Below are positions 49,231 to 58,253 of a DNA stretch of 64,000 nt, piece after piece. The notes beneath the pieces were generated by a model. It made no database searches. It had not been told where the DNA came from and worked only from the letters and a program-made list of their open reading frames with translations. Source of the DNA: a virus. The translations under genes were made by a program, and so were the position numbers. The DNA lies in the IMG/VR virus record IMGVR_UViG_3300037297_000135, positions 66,484 to 130,483 of that record. One strand, 5' to 3'. The stretch's first letter is position 1, and each line of letters opens with the position of its first letter.

Positions 49231-49326
49231 TTATTGTCCACAAGATTTACATATTACAAAAATAACAATAATTATTACAAATATCAGGATTACTACAGAT
49301 ATGTTTTCAATACGATGTTTTTTCAT
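49231..49326 (-). CDS. 31-aa single-TM peptide (not in ORF track)
   Basis: MKKHRIENISVVILIFVIIIVIFVICKSCGQ; ATGA overlap with the YkgJ stop. Confidence 0.45.
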   Translation of the reverse strand: MKKHRIENISVVILIFVIIIVIFVICKSCGQ

Positions 49327-49823
49327 TTAACTATCTCCTTTGTTTCCATTTTTTTTAGTAAAGTTTCTGCATATTTAAAATTTAATTCATTTATACCAGA
49401 TTGAAAATATTCTATAAATAAATCTATATTATTTTTAGATTCTTTATCTAATTTTATTTGATTAAAAATATCTTTAACTACATCAAAAATATTATATTTA
49501 TATTTTTTAACATCAATATTTACATCTTGGTTTGTATCACAATGAAAGCTTTTACAAATAAATGGTCGATGTTTATAAATCACACAACGTTTTTCGTTGT
49601 TGTTAAATATACATTTTAAATCACAAATCTCCATATTTGCTTGTTCGATTTTATTATTTATTTCACTTTCAATATGATTCATAAGTTTTTTATTGTTTAA
49701 AACAAGTTTAACCAATTTTTCTTTTTCTTGTTTTGTAATCATTGTTGTTAAATCACAGCATTCATTACAATTTTTACAATATTTATTATTCATTTTTTCT
49801 ATATTTAAATTAATATCTTCCAT
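49323..49823 (-). CDS. YkgJ/CxxCxxCC cysteine-cluster protein
   Basis: CKNCNECC...C.F...CVIYKHRPFICKSFHC. Confidence 0.75.
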   Translation of the reverse strand: MEDINLNIEKMNNKYCKNCNECCDLTTMITKQEKEKLVKLVLNNKKLMNHIESEINNKIEQANMEICDLKCIFNNNEKRCVIYKHRPFICKSFHCDTNQDVNIDVKKYKYNIFDVVKDIFNQIKLDKESKNNIDLFIEYFQSGINELNFKYAETLLKKMETKEIVK

Positions 49824-50354
49824 TTAACAATCCGTTCCTTTCCCTAAATCACTACATCTTTGTATTTTTTCATGAAAACCATCAAAAACCTTATCTATTA
49901 TTTTTTGTTCATAGTCTAAAATATCATACAATTTATTTAACCCATCTTCAAAAAACCATTTAATTTTAATTTTTTTACCTTTATAAAACATAACTGTACT
50001 ATATATATTTTTATCTATAATACATTTTTCTTTTACAAATTCTGTTTTATCATATGTTTTTATATCTTTTTCATACATTGCAGTTGGGTTATTTTTTACT
50101 GTATACAAATTAAGTATTTTATTGGCTCTTTGTGTATCTGAATATATGATTTGATTTCTTTCTTCAATCAAACTTTCTACAAGTTTATTTAATCTAGTTA
50201 TTTCTTTTTCATAAAATCTGATTTCATTTGTGTACTCTTCTTCAGTAAGAATTTTATCATATTTATTAAAACTATATTTAAGTTCAGGTATTTTATTTAT
50301 ATTTAATATATAAAACAAATTATTCAATATTTTCAAACTTAATAATTTTATCAT
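49824..50354 (-). CDS. hypothetical protein
   Basis: 176-aa ORF. Confidence 0.5.
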   Translation of the reverse strand: MIKLLSLKILNNLFYILNINKIPELKYSFNKYDKILTEEEYTNEIRFYEKEITRLNKLVESLIEERNQIIYSDTQRANKILNLYTVKNNPTAMYEKDIKTYDKTEFVKEKCIIDKNIYSTVMFYKGKKIKIKWFFEDGLNKLYDILDYEQKIIDKVFDGFHEKIQRCSDLGKGTDC

Positions 50355-50400
50355 ATTATTACTCTTTTATTTCCCATATTTTAATTTTCATACTTTCTTT

Positions 50401-50811
50401 TCATATCTTTTCAAAATCAAAACCTACAACCAAATTATCTTTTATTTTAACATGTAAAATACTTCCATCATTACATTTAAATGATTTTATTTCAACTTCA
50501 TTTTGTATTTTTGTTTTTACCAAAAATATCTTGTCATCAAATTTATCTTTTATATATTTCAAAACTGAACTAATTTTCACATTCAAAAATCCATTTTGTT
50601 CAAGTTCATATTTATATTCTTTTGCAAAACAAATAAAACTTTGTTTTTCTGTAGTTTGAGTTTGTGATGTTGTTTTAGGTTCAATTGTTTGAGTTGGTTG
50701 TATTTGATTTTGTTCAATATTTGAATCTTTAAAAAACATAAATACAAATGTAGCAAACAAAAAAGCAAAAATCACACATGCTATAATTTGAAATGTTGTA
50801 ATTTTTTTCAT
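50401..50811 (-). CDS. membrane-anchored hypothetical protein
   Basis: N-terminal TM, Gln/Thr linker. Confidence 0.55.
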   Translation of the reverse strand: MKKITTFQIIACVIFAFLFATFVFMFFKDSNIEQNQIQPTQTIEPKTTSQTQTTEKQSFICFAKEYKYELEQNGFLNVKISSVLKYIKDKFDDKIFLVKTKIQNEVEIKSFKCNDGSILHVKIKDNLVVGFDFEKI

Positions 50812-50828
50812 TTAATCAATCCTTTTCT

Positions 50829-51251
50829 TTAATTTTTTTTGATTTCATTTATTTTTCTTGTTACTGCTTCATATCCTTCAAAAAAGCCTCCTACATCTAA
50901 GCAAAATTGTTTAAAATTGTTTATTTCTTTTTGATTTTTTTTATAAAAATCATCTAAACTTTTATCAGACTCTACAATCATATCTGTTACTTTATTCCCT
51001 GCACTCATAAAATCTTCAATCAAATCTTCAAAAGTTTTTTCTATTTCATTGCCTAAAAGCCAATCAATTGAAACATTAAAAATTTTTGAAAGTTGTATCA
51101 ATATTTTTGATTGAGGTATACACCCTCTTGATTCCCAAGAATGAATAACTGAACTGCTTGTGTTTAACAAAGTTGCAAGTTCGCTTTGATAAAGTCCTAT
51201 TTTTTCACGCAAAAATTTAATTTTTTCACCAAATTTATTTAATTTTTTCAT
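50829..51251 (-). CDS. XRE-family HTH regulator
   Basis: FGEKIKFLRE..GLYQSELA...WE...IFNVSIDWLLG. Confidence 0.85.
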   Translation of the reverse strand: MKKLNKFGEKIKFLREKIGLYQSELATLLNTSSSVIHSWESRGCIPQSKILIQLSKIFNVSIDWLLGNEIEKTFEDLIEDFMSAGNKVTDMIVESDKSLDDFYKKNQKEINNFKQFCLDVGGFFEGYEAVTRKINEIKKN

Positions 51252-51268
51252 TTGTTTAATCCTTTTCT

Positions 51269-51784
51269 TTAATTTACTAAAACATTATATATTCTTATAT
51301 TTTCATAATTCACATTCCAAATCAAATCAAATAAGTTTGATTTGATTTTATCAAATACCAAAACTGAATCACACGATGCGTTGCTTTCTAAATCATATAC
51401 AGCATTATCATCAAAATCAAATCTTCTTATTATATTATGTTGCTGTTGTTTTCCATCAGCTACTATTTTACAAAGCGATTCGGTCAAATGATATACTGAA
51501 ACTGTATTGTTTTCATATGTTGCAAAAATCTTTAAAAATTTAGTATTGGTTATTTTTGTTATTGTTATTTTTAATCCAGGTACATTTGTGTTGATTTCAA
51601 AAGGTGTTTTTATTTCTTTAGGTTGTTGAGTTTTGATTGGATTAATTTTTTCAAATTTTAATTCATTTGTTTTTTCTGGTTTAATTTCATTTGTTTCAAA
51701 TTTGTCTATATTATCAAATACTATTAAAGCCATAATAAAAAAAACAGCTAGGATAAGTGCTATAATTATTTTTTGCATATTCAA
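51269..51784 (-). CDS. membrane-anchored protein with predicted beta-sandwich (DUF4352-like)
   Basis: N-terminal TM then beta-rich domain. Confidence 0.45.
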   Translation of the reverse strand: MNMQKIIIALILAVFFIMALIVFDNIDKFETNEIKPEKTNELKFEKINPIKTQQPKEIKTPFEINTNVPGLKITITKITNTKFLKIFATYENNTVSVYHLTESLCKIVADGKQQQHNIIRRFDFDDNAVYDLESNASCDSVLVFDKIKSNLFDLIWNVNYENIRIYNVLVN

Positions 51785-51999
51785 CCAACCTTTCTAAAGA
51801 TATTATGTGTATATTATAGCATAAAAATATAATATATTTGAAATGAAAAATTTTACTTTTATGTAACAAAATTATATATATTTCAATATGGCTAAACAAT
51901 GGATTCAAAACTCCACACAAAAAATTCAAACTCCACAGATTGTATAAATTGAATAAATTGTATATACTATATAATATATAAAAAACAGGAGTTGATTTT

Positions 52000-52407
52000 A
52001 TGGCATTAAATGATGTTTTGAGTAAATTTTTAGAACAATACATTGAAACAGGACGTATGAAAAATGATGAAGTTAAAGCAAATATTAAGCATACAATAGA
52101 ATTTGAACCAAAATCTGAATCTGATGAAAAATATTTGGAAATGATTAATAGCATATCAGATAAAATAGTAGCAGATGTTGATAATGGATATAATAAAATT
52201 GGTGTAAACAATCATAAAACATTCATTTTTTCAGGTGCTAATTTTGATGATAATTTTTACAACCACATACTGACAACATGTAATTATAAACAATTAACAG
52301 TAGTTTTAGAAAAAATGATAGAAGAAATGTTTAGGGTTAATAAAGACCATAAAAAAGTTTTTGAAGAGATACAAGATGCAATCAAACATTTCGATCCAAA
52401 TGCGTGA
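52000..52407 (+). CDS. hypothetical protein
   Basis: AGGAG RBS. Confidence 0.55.
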   Translation: MALNDVLSKFLEQYIETGRMKNDEVKANIKHTIEFEPKSESDEKYLEMINSISDKIVADVDNGYNKIGVNNHKTFIFSGANFDDNFYNHILTTCNYKQLTVVLEKMIEEMFRVNKDHKKVFEEIQDAIKHFDPNA

Positions 52408-52413
52408 TATAAA

Positions 52414-52650
52414 ATGAAATGTTGTAATGAAGGTGAAATTAGATATTGTCAATATTGTGGTAAAAGATTAGATGGTTTCAAAAAATATATATGTGTGTTT
52501 TATAATTATATAGCACAAGAAAATCAAACTATAGAAGTTTTTGAAAAAAACATGGTCAAAGCATTTTTTAAAATTCGAAAAATCATGAAAAATAGAGTTG
52601 GTAAAAATCATATAGATAACGATGAATTGAAAAAAATATATGAAGCTTAA
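52414..52650 (+). CDS. hypothetical protein
   Basis: 78-aa ORF with Cys motifs. Confidence 0.45.
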   Translation: MKCCNEGEIRYCQYCGKRLDGFKKYICVFYNYIAQENQTIEVFEKNMVKAFFKIRKIMKNRVGKNHIDNDELKKIYEA

Positions 52651-52675
52651 AAAAAGGTGAATATTCACCTTTTTT
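52650..52675. terminator. 26-bp palindrome/bidirectional terminator
   Basis: AAAAAAGGTGAATATTCACCTTTTTT between convergent stops. Confidence 0.7.
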
Positions 52676-53003
52676 AATTTGCAAACAATAATTCCAGTAT
52701 TATTTTTACTTTTTCAAGTTTTTCATCGTCATAAAAATGAATCATCTTCACAATTTCTTCAAATATTTTTGAACCTTCATGATTTATTTTTATTTTTTCA
52801 TTACCTAAAAGGTAATCAATTGAAACATTAAAAAATTTTGCTGTTCGAATGAGCACGTTTGAAGTTGGTATATTCCCATAATTTTCCCACATATTAATTC
52901 TTGATTTTTTAATGCATAATGCTGAAGCAAGTTCATCCATGCTCATATTTTTACTTAAACGAAGTTCTTTAATTCGTTTTTGAAATGTTTGTTTTGAATC
53001 CAT
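52674..53003 (-). CDS. XRE-family HTH regulator
   Basis: RIKELRLSKNMSMDELA...WE...FFNVSIDYLLG. Confidence 0.85.
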   Translation of the reverse strand: MDSKQTFQKRIKELRLSKNMSMDELASALCIKKSRINMWENYGNIPTSNVLIRTAKFFNVSIDYLLGNEKIKINHEGSKIFEEIVKMIHFYDDEKLEKVKIILELLFAN

Positions 53004-53093
53004 ATCATCCTCATTTTATACAAACTCTAAAATTTTTTCATTCAAAATTAAAATTGAATCACAATCCCATCCATATATTTTCATATACAAATC

Positions 53094-53471
53094 CTAATCT
53101 GATGAAATCAATATTTCTAAAGCATCATAAGTTTTTTTTAATTTTTCAAAATCAATATACAACATCATATTAATACTAATTCCATATTGTTCAAAAAGTT
53201 TTCCATTTTGAGTTGGAAGTTTATATATTTGACTACAATTTGTTATAGTTAAAATATTTGAATATTTTTTCAATTTAAATTTAAATGATTTGTTAAAATC
53301 ATTTTTAAAAAAATCGTTTTCTTCACACCAATCTTTCCACGAAAATTTTGCATTAATGTCTGAACCCCATAAACCACCAAATGGTTTAACATGCATTTGA
53401 TTTTTTATTTGGTTCCATTTATTTATATCAAATTTATTGTCTCCATATTTTATATATATTTTTTCATTCAT
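53094..53471 (-). CDS. conserved phage hypothetical protein
   Basis: KPFGGLWGS...WKDWC motif. Confidence 0.55.
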   Translation of the reverse strand: MNEKIYIKYGDNKFDINKWNQIKNQMHVKPFGGLWGSDINAKFSWKDWCEENDFFKNDFNKSFKFKLKKYSNILTITNCSQIYKLPTQNGKLFEQYGISINMMLYIDFEKLKKTYDALEILISSD

Positions 53472-53489
53472 TTTTTAATCATCAACATT

Positions 53490-54071
53490 TTATTTATTTA
53501 TAATATTATAATGTTTATTTAAAATATAACATAATTCTGCTCTTGTTATAGGTTCATCTGGTTTAAAACTTCCATCTGGATAACCTTTAATGATTTCTTT
53601 ATCTTTTAAATTTTTGATTGATTCACTTGCCCAATGAGATTCATTAACATCATTAAATATTTTGTTTGATGTTGAAGTTGGTACAGGTGTTTTTTCGACT
53701 TCTGTTTTTTGTGGTGTTAAAGTTGGTTTTGATGTTGTAGAAATAATTGTTGTTTTTTGAGTTGTTTGAATAGGTGTAATGATTGGTTTGCTACCATCAC
53801 TGATTAATGAAGCATCGTATTTATCTTTTTTGGGGTCTGGTATATCACCTTTGTTTTTAACAATCCATCCAGCATATTTGCCTGAGTGATAATGATATGT
53901 TCCAACTTCATAACCAGTACCAGAAGTTTTTACATTATGCCCTCCTAATGAATCTGTTCGTCCAGAATGAGCATATACAGATATTGATATTATGCATATC
54001 AGTATAATTACTATAATTGGTATCATGCATCCAGCATTTTTATGTGGTTGTAATATGTTGAAATTTTTCAT
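53490..54071 (-). CDS. exported YHYH-domain protein with C-terminal SLH domain
   Basis: Signal-like segment, AHSGRTD..GGH...YHYH, Thr-rich linker, FNDV..SHWA..I..L....II.GYPDGSFKPD.PITRAE. Confidence 0.85.
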   Translation of the reverse strand: MKNFNILQPHKNAGCMIPIIVIILICIISISVYAHSGRTDSLGGHNVKTSGTGYEVGTYHYHSGKYAGWIVKNKGDIPDPKKDKYDASLISDGSKPIITPIQTTQKTTIISTTSKPTLTPQKTEVEKTPVPTSTSNKIFNDVNESHWASESIKNLKDKEIIKGYPDGSFKPDEPITRAELCYILNKHYNIINK

Positions 54072-54220
54072 TTGTATTTAATCCTCCTTATTTAATTTTG
54101 AAATATTCCGTATTTTATTCCGAATGATTTGCTGAACAAATTCAGTTTATTTTATGATATAATATTTTTATAAAAAAATCTATATATTTTTAATAAATAT
54201 ATATTTAAAAGGAGAAATTT

Positions 54221-54475
54221 ATGCTTAATACTGTTGAGATTGTTAGAGATAGTTTAATACTTTCAAAATTTAAAAATGTATATTTTTACAAAAAAGACAA
54301 TGAATATGTAATCACTAAACTAAAAGAAAATTCAACTAGATTAGTTATAGAAAATACATTATTTGAAAAACGTATTCCATTAACTTCAATTGATACAATT
54401 CATATTGATTACATTCATGCAACTGAAAATTCACCATTTGAAAAGCATATTTACATACACCTTAAAAATATTTAA
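54221..54475 (+). CDS. hypothetical protein
   Basis: AAGGAG RBS. Confidence 0.5.
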   Translation: MLNTVEIVRDSLILSKFKNVYFYKKDNEYVITKLKENSTRLVIENTLFEKRIPLTSIDTIHIDYIHATENSPFEKHIYIHLKNI

Positions 54476-55032
54476 TATTTTTTCATAAATTCTTCAATTG
54501 ATATCCCACTCAATTCAATATCTTTTCCTTCAATCATTGTTTTCATAAAAACTTCCATATATTTATTTTTTAAATCATGCATTGATTTTTTCATGAATTC
54601 AACAAAAATTTCAACATCTTTTTTTTGTTGATTTTCAAAATTCATATTTTCTATGATTTTTAAATATACATCAAGTAATGTGTATTTATATGTTTCATCT
54701 GTATGTGGATATGGATTCGTTTTGCAATCAAATACATTGCATATATAAGGTTTGTTTGCATAAATCATACATTGATTGTTTTCTATAAATATACATTTAA
54801 AATTGCATTTGTGAGTTTTCATTAAATCTATATCAAGATTTATCCTTTGTTTTATATGCTCAATTATTTTTTTGTTGCATTTTGCTATTTTTATAAGATT
54901 ATGTAATTCTTCATATGTTATCACACTGCTTAAATCGCAGCATTCAACACAATTGATACACGATTTGGTTTTTACATTCTCAGAAGGTTGAATATCTTCA
55001 AATGTTATATCACAAAGTTTTTTTTCTTTCAT
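54472..55032 (-). CDS. YkgJ/CxxCxxCC cysteine-cluster protein (paralogue)
   Basis: CINCVECC...C.F...CMIYANKPYICNVFDC. Confidence 0.75.
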   Translation of the reverse strand: MKEKKLCDITFEDIQPSENVKTKSCINCVECCDLSSVITYEELHNLIKIAKCNKKIIEHIKQRINLDIDLMKTHKCNFKCIFIENNQCMIYANKPYICNVFDCKTNPYPHTDETYKYTLLDVYLKIIENMNFENQQKKDVEIFVEFMKKSMHDLKNKYMEVFMKTMIEGKDIELSGISIEEFMKKY

Positions 55033-55580
55033 ATTATATTCTCCTTAAATGTGATTTTATCAGTTGGTAGCTTACCACCACTTTTTTTTAGTAATTTGAA
55101 TTCATTATATTTTTTCAATCTATATTTTTGTAGTATGTATTTTAACTCAGGTCTTTTTTTGTCTGGTAATCTAGTTGAAAAAATAGGAAACATTTTTTCA
55201 TTTTTATATATTTTGTTAATATTATCAAATGGTATAAATAAATCAAATCCATTCAAAACTGCATCTTTTACTTGAAATCCATACATAAACTCATATTTAT
55301 TTTTATTTTTCGACAACATCCCAACAACATATTTTCCCCAAAAAACAAAAATAAATTCATCATTTCCTAAAAGATAATCTATTGAGACTTTAAAAAAGTT
55401 TGAAATTTTAATTAATGTACAACAATCTGTAATAGCATATTTATTTTCCCACATATTAATTTTTTGTGATTTTATATTTAGTTTTTCAGCAAGTTCTTTC
55501 ATTGTTAATTTTTTTGAAATTCTAAGTTTTCTTATTTTTGTTCCAAAAATCATTTTTTGTAAATCATATTGTGTATTCAT
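55029..55580 (-). CDS. XRE HTH fused to a HipA N-terminal-like domain
   Basis: Residues 1-72 XRE; then VG.L......YEF.Y...F...IY....MFP.FS.RLPD..R. Confidence 0.7.
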   Translation of the reverse strand: MNTQYDLQKMIFGTKIRKLRISKKLTMKELAEKLNIKSQKINMWENKYAITDCCTLIKISNFFKVSIDYLLGNDEFIFVFWGKYVVGMLSKNKNKYEFMYGFQVKDAVLNGFDLFIPFDNINKIYKNEKMFPIFSTRLPDKKRPELKYILQKYRLKKYNEFKLLKKSGGKLPTDKITFKENII

Positions 55581-55777
55581 TATATTTCACCTTTATCTAT
55601 TTTTTTATTTAATTCATTCATTAAATAATTTTTTTCTAAATCTTTATAATTTTTTATGTAATTATACCATACAAATATAGTATATTCAAAAAAAATAATA
55701 TTGTTTTTTAATATTATTTATGTTAAAATATAAATATTAATAACTTTTTTTTCATTTATACTTTTAAAAAATGCAAC

Positions 55778-55811
55778 AAAAAAAATGCATCTAAACGGAT
55801 GCATTTTTTTT
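55778..55811. terminator. bidirectional terminator
   Basis: A8-TGCATC-TAAACG-GATGCA-T8. Confidence 0.75.
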
Positions 55812-56038
55812 GTTCAAATTTTGTGATTTTAAACACAAAACTTGAACTATTTTTGTGATTTATTTAATTCGTTTATATAAACGAAAGGGTGCTTATCCAT
55901 GCACCCTTTCTCACCTGTATTATTATTCTTTTTAATTTGATTTTACAATATATATCCTCCAAATGGATATATTTCATTGTCATCTTTTCATAAAAAAGAA
56001 ATTCTACAACATCTTTCAAATGTTGTTTTATTAATTGT

Positions 56039-56162
56039 AATTTTTATATATTAATAAAATATTTTTTATGTTTCTGCTCTTCCACTGAGCTACACTAGCA
56101 CATAAGCTAGTGACAGGATTTGAACCTATGACCTGAAACAATATTTAATTAAATATAAAAAT
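56039..56162 (-). ncRNA. circularly permuted tRNA-like RNA (YrlA/Y-RNA-like architecture)
   Basis: Order T arm - acceptor hairpin - D arm, closed by GTTTC/GAAAC and an extended AU-rich stem. Confidence 0.7.
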
Positions 56163-56267
56163 CTACATTTTTAAATCTAAATCTTTTGTGTTCGTACAAT
56201 AAATGTACAATCTAAATCTAAATCTAAGTTAAATTTATAAATCTAAATCTAACACATATTTATATTA

Positions 56268-57008
56268 TTATATTAATTTAGAAAAGTCAATATTATAATT
56301 TTGAACATCAATGTCATTTGCTTTGTTTTTAGCTTTTTTTACATCAACTAAAAAATTTTCAATTTTTTCTATATATGCATCTTTTTCATCTTGATATATA
56401 GCACTTGAAAAATATCTATCATTAAATTTTCCAACTGTTATTGGTCTTTCAACTTTATGTGTTACAGCTTGTTGAAATTCTGTTGCTGGTGAAGTTACTT
56501 GATATGTTTCAAATTTAGTTGTACGATTAACTATTTCAGTATGCTCAAATATATTTTTTTTATCACTTTGTTTCCAATCATAACTCATATCTAAAGTTGG
56601 AATATCTTTGAATATTTTTAAAAGCTTTCTTAGATTATTTTCAATGCTTAACAAAGTTGTTCCTGAAAATTTTCCTATTATTTTATTATTTAAACTTAAT
56701 TCAACTTTGTTTTCATTCCCAATTGTTTCTTCTATTGCTATTGTAGCATTTACATATTTATTGAATATTTTTATTAAATTGTTTAATACATCTTTTACTA
56801 TATATTTTACTTCTATTTTACTACAATCTGGTTCTGAAAGATATGCATCTTTGTAATTATCATCTGTTTCTGAATTTGGAATATAACTTCTGTATTTGCC
56901 TTCAAAATTACTGCTTGAATAAAAAATTTCTTCTTCTATTTCTTTTAATTTAGAAGTGAATTTTTCTTGCAATATATTTCTTTTTTCAATTGCTGGTAAC
57001 AATTTCAT
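56268..57008 (-). CDS. conserved hypothetical protein
   Basis: 246-aa ORF with GAGG RBS directly upstream of the permuted RNA. Confidence 0.65.
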   Translation of the reverse strand: MKLLPAIEKRNILQEKFTSKLKEIEEEIFYSSSNFEGKYRSYIPNSETDDNYKDAYLSEPDCSKIEVKYIVKDVLNNLIKIFNKYVNATIAIEETIGNENKVELSLNNKIIGKFSGTTLLSIENNLRKLLKIFKDIPTLDMSYDWKQSDKKNIFEHTEIVNRTTKFETYQVTSPATEFQQAVTHKVERPITVGKFNDRYFSSAIYQDEKDAYIEKIENFLVDVKKAKNKANDIDVQNYNIDFSKLI

Positions 57009-57040
57009 ATGTTCAACCCTCCATTTTTTTAAATATTATA

Positions 57041-57379
57041 TCATATTTTATTTATATTTTTATTATTTGTATATGGCAAAACAAAATTTTCTTTTAAAAT
57101 TTCAATTGATAATCCTTTTAAAATATGAAAATTTAATACTGCTCTTAATCTTAATATTAATTCGTGTGTTGATTTAACATCCATAAATGTATAATATTTA
57201 TAATTAACTTTAGAATCATCCATATTAAATAAATATCCTTTTCTTTTTCGACCTTCAGTTAAAAATATATTTATTACATTTAAAAAATCAGTTTCTTTAT
57301 ATCCTATACTTTTTTTATTTATTAAAATACTTGTTTTATTTATATTTTTTTTTGATATATTTTTCAATTTCACTTTCAT
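57041..57379 (-). CDS. hypothetical protein
   Basis: 112-aa ORF. Confidence 0.45.
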   Translation of the reverse strand: MKVKLKNISKKNINKTSILINKKSIGYKETDFLNVINIFLTEGRKRKGYLFNMDDSKVNYKYYTFMDVKSTHELILRLRAVLNFHILKGLSIEILKENFVLPYTNNKNINKI

Positions 57380-57380
57380 T

Positions 57381-57947
57381 TTATTTATACATACTCCTAT
57401 ATTGTTTTAACATTTCATTATATTCATCTGTTACAAAAAATCCACATGATTTGTATTCATAACACCATCCACGATATATACAATCTGGAACACAAACACT
57501 GTATAATTCAGGTTGTTCATCCTTTATTGATTCTAAAACAGCTTTCCATGCTTCCCTTGTTTCTTTAGAAGCTTGATTACATAATCTTTTTTTTGATATA
57601 TTTATAATCGCTTGTGCATTTGCTTCAAATTCATGTTCAACAAAATTTGACTGGGATAGTTCATCTCTTTTTATAAATGTTCTATCTGTCCTTTGGGTTC
57701 TAACCCAATGTTCTATCCCAAATTTATGCCTCACAAAATGTACTGAAACCCATGATTTTAATTCATACCATTTGCATTTTATAAGTATTTGCCTTATAGG
57801 TGAATGCTCACACATTAACATTCTTCGTTTCCATTTCGATGAAGGTTCCTTTTCGCCAGCTTCTCGATTGATAGTTGTATTTGCTGAATCAGCAACTTCT
57901 CTCCATGTTCCCTTTATCCCAATTAATTTAGCTTCCAATATAAACAC
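57381..57947 (-). CDS. divergent ThyX-like (flavin-dependent thymidylate synthase fold) protein
   Basis: EHSP, HFVRH...QR, N.QA...RLC.QA..ETR, VPDC.YRGWC.E. Confidence 0.6.
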   Translation of the reverse strand: MFILEAKLIGIKGTWREVADSANTTINREAGEKEPSSKWKRRMLMCEHSPIRQILIKCKWYELKSWVSVHFVRHKFGIEHWVRTQRTDRTFIKRDELSQSNFVEHEFEANAQAIINISKKRLCNQASKETREAWKAVLESIKDEQPELYSVCVPDCIYRGWCYEYKSCGFFVTDEYNEMLKQYRSMYK

Positions 57948-57980
57948 TCCTTTTTTTATAATGATATAATATCATAAGAG

Positions 57981-58253
57981 GTGTTATTTATGAATAGAAT
58001 TGATAAAGATTTGCCAAATCATATTTGTAAAAAATGTGGCAATTTAACTTATTGGGATGGGTATATATGTAAGGAAAAAATTCATACAACAAAATTAGGA
58101 TTTTTAAATATGAGAAAATTAAAATATTGTACGCATTTTAAAATTCGAAAAGGTTTGAATTTTGATGAATGCAAAAATATTGAATGTGTTTTTTGGTGTA
58201 ATGATTGTGAAATGTTTCAAAAGCTATATAAAGATATTGATTTTTATAAATAA
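57981..58253 (+). CDS. Cys-rich hypothetical protein
   Basis: Multiple Cys motifs; GAGGTG RBS. Confidence 0.5.
   Translation: MLFMNRIDKDLPNHICKKCGNLTYWDGYICKEKIHTTKLGFLNMRKLKYCTHFKIRKGLNFDECKNIECVFWCNDCEMFQKLYKDIDFYK

Noticed and set aside
51904-51937. TTCAAA(A)CTCCACA direct repeat between divergent genes
   Set aside because: Only two short copies; a plausible operator but unsupported beyond that.
56039-56162. Two-piece (permuted) tmRNA
   Set aside because: Has a full D stem, lacks the G3-U70 alanine determinant, and no tag reading frame is evident.
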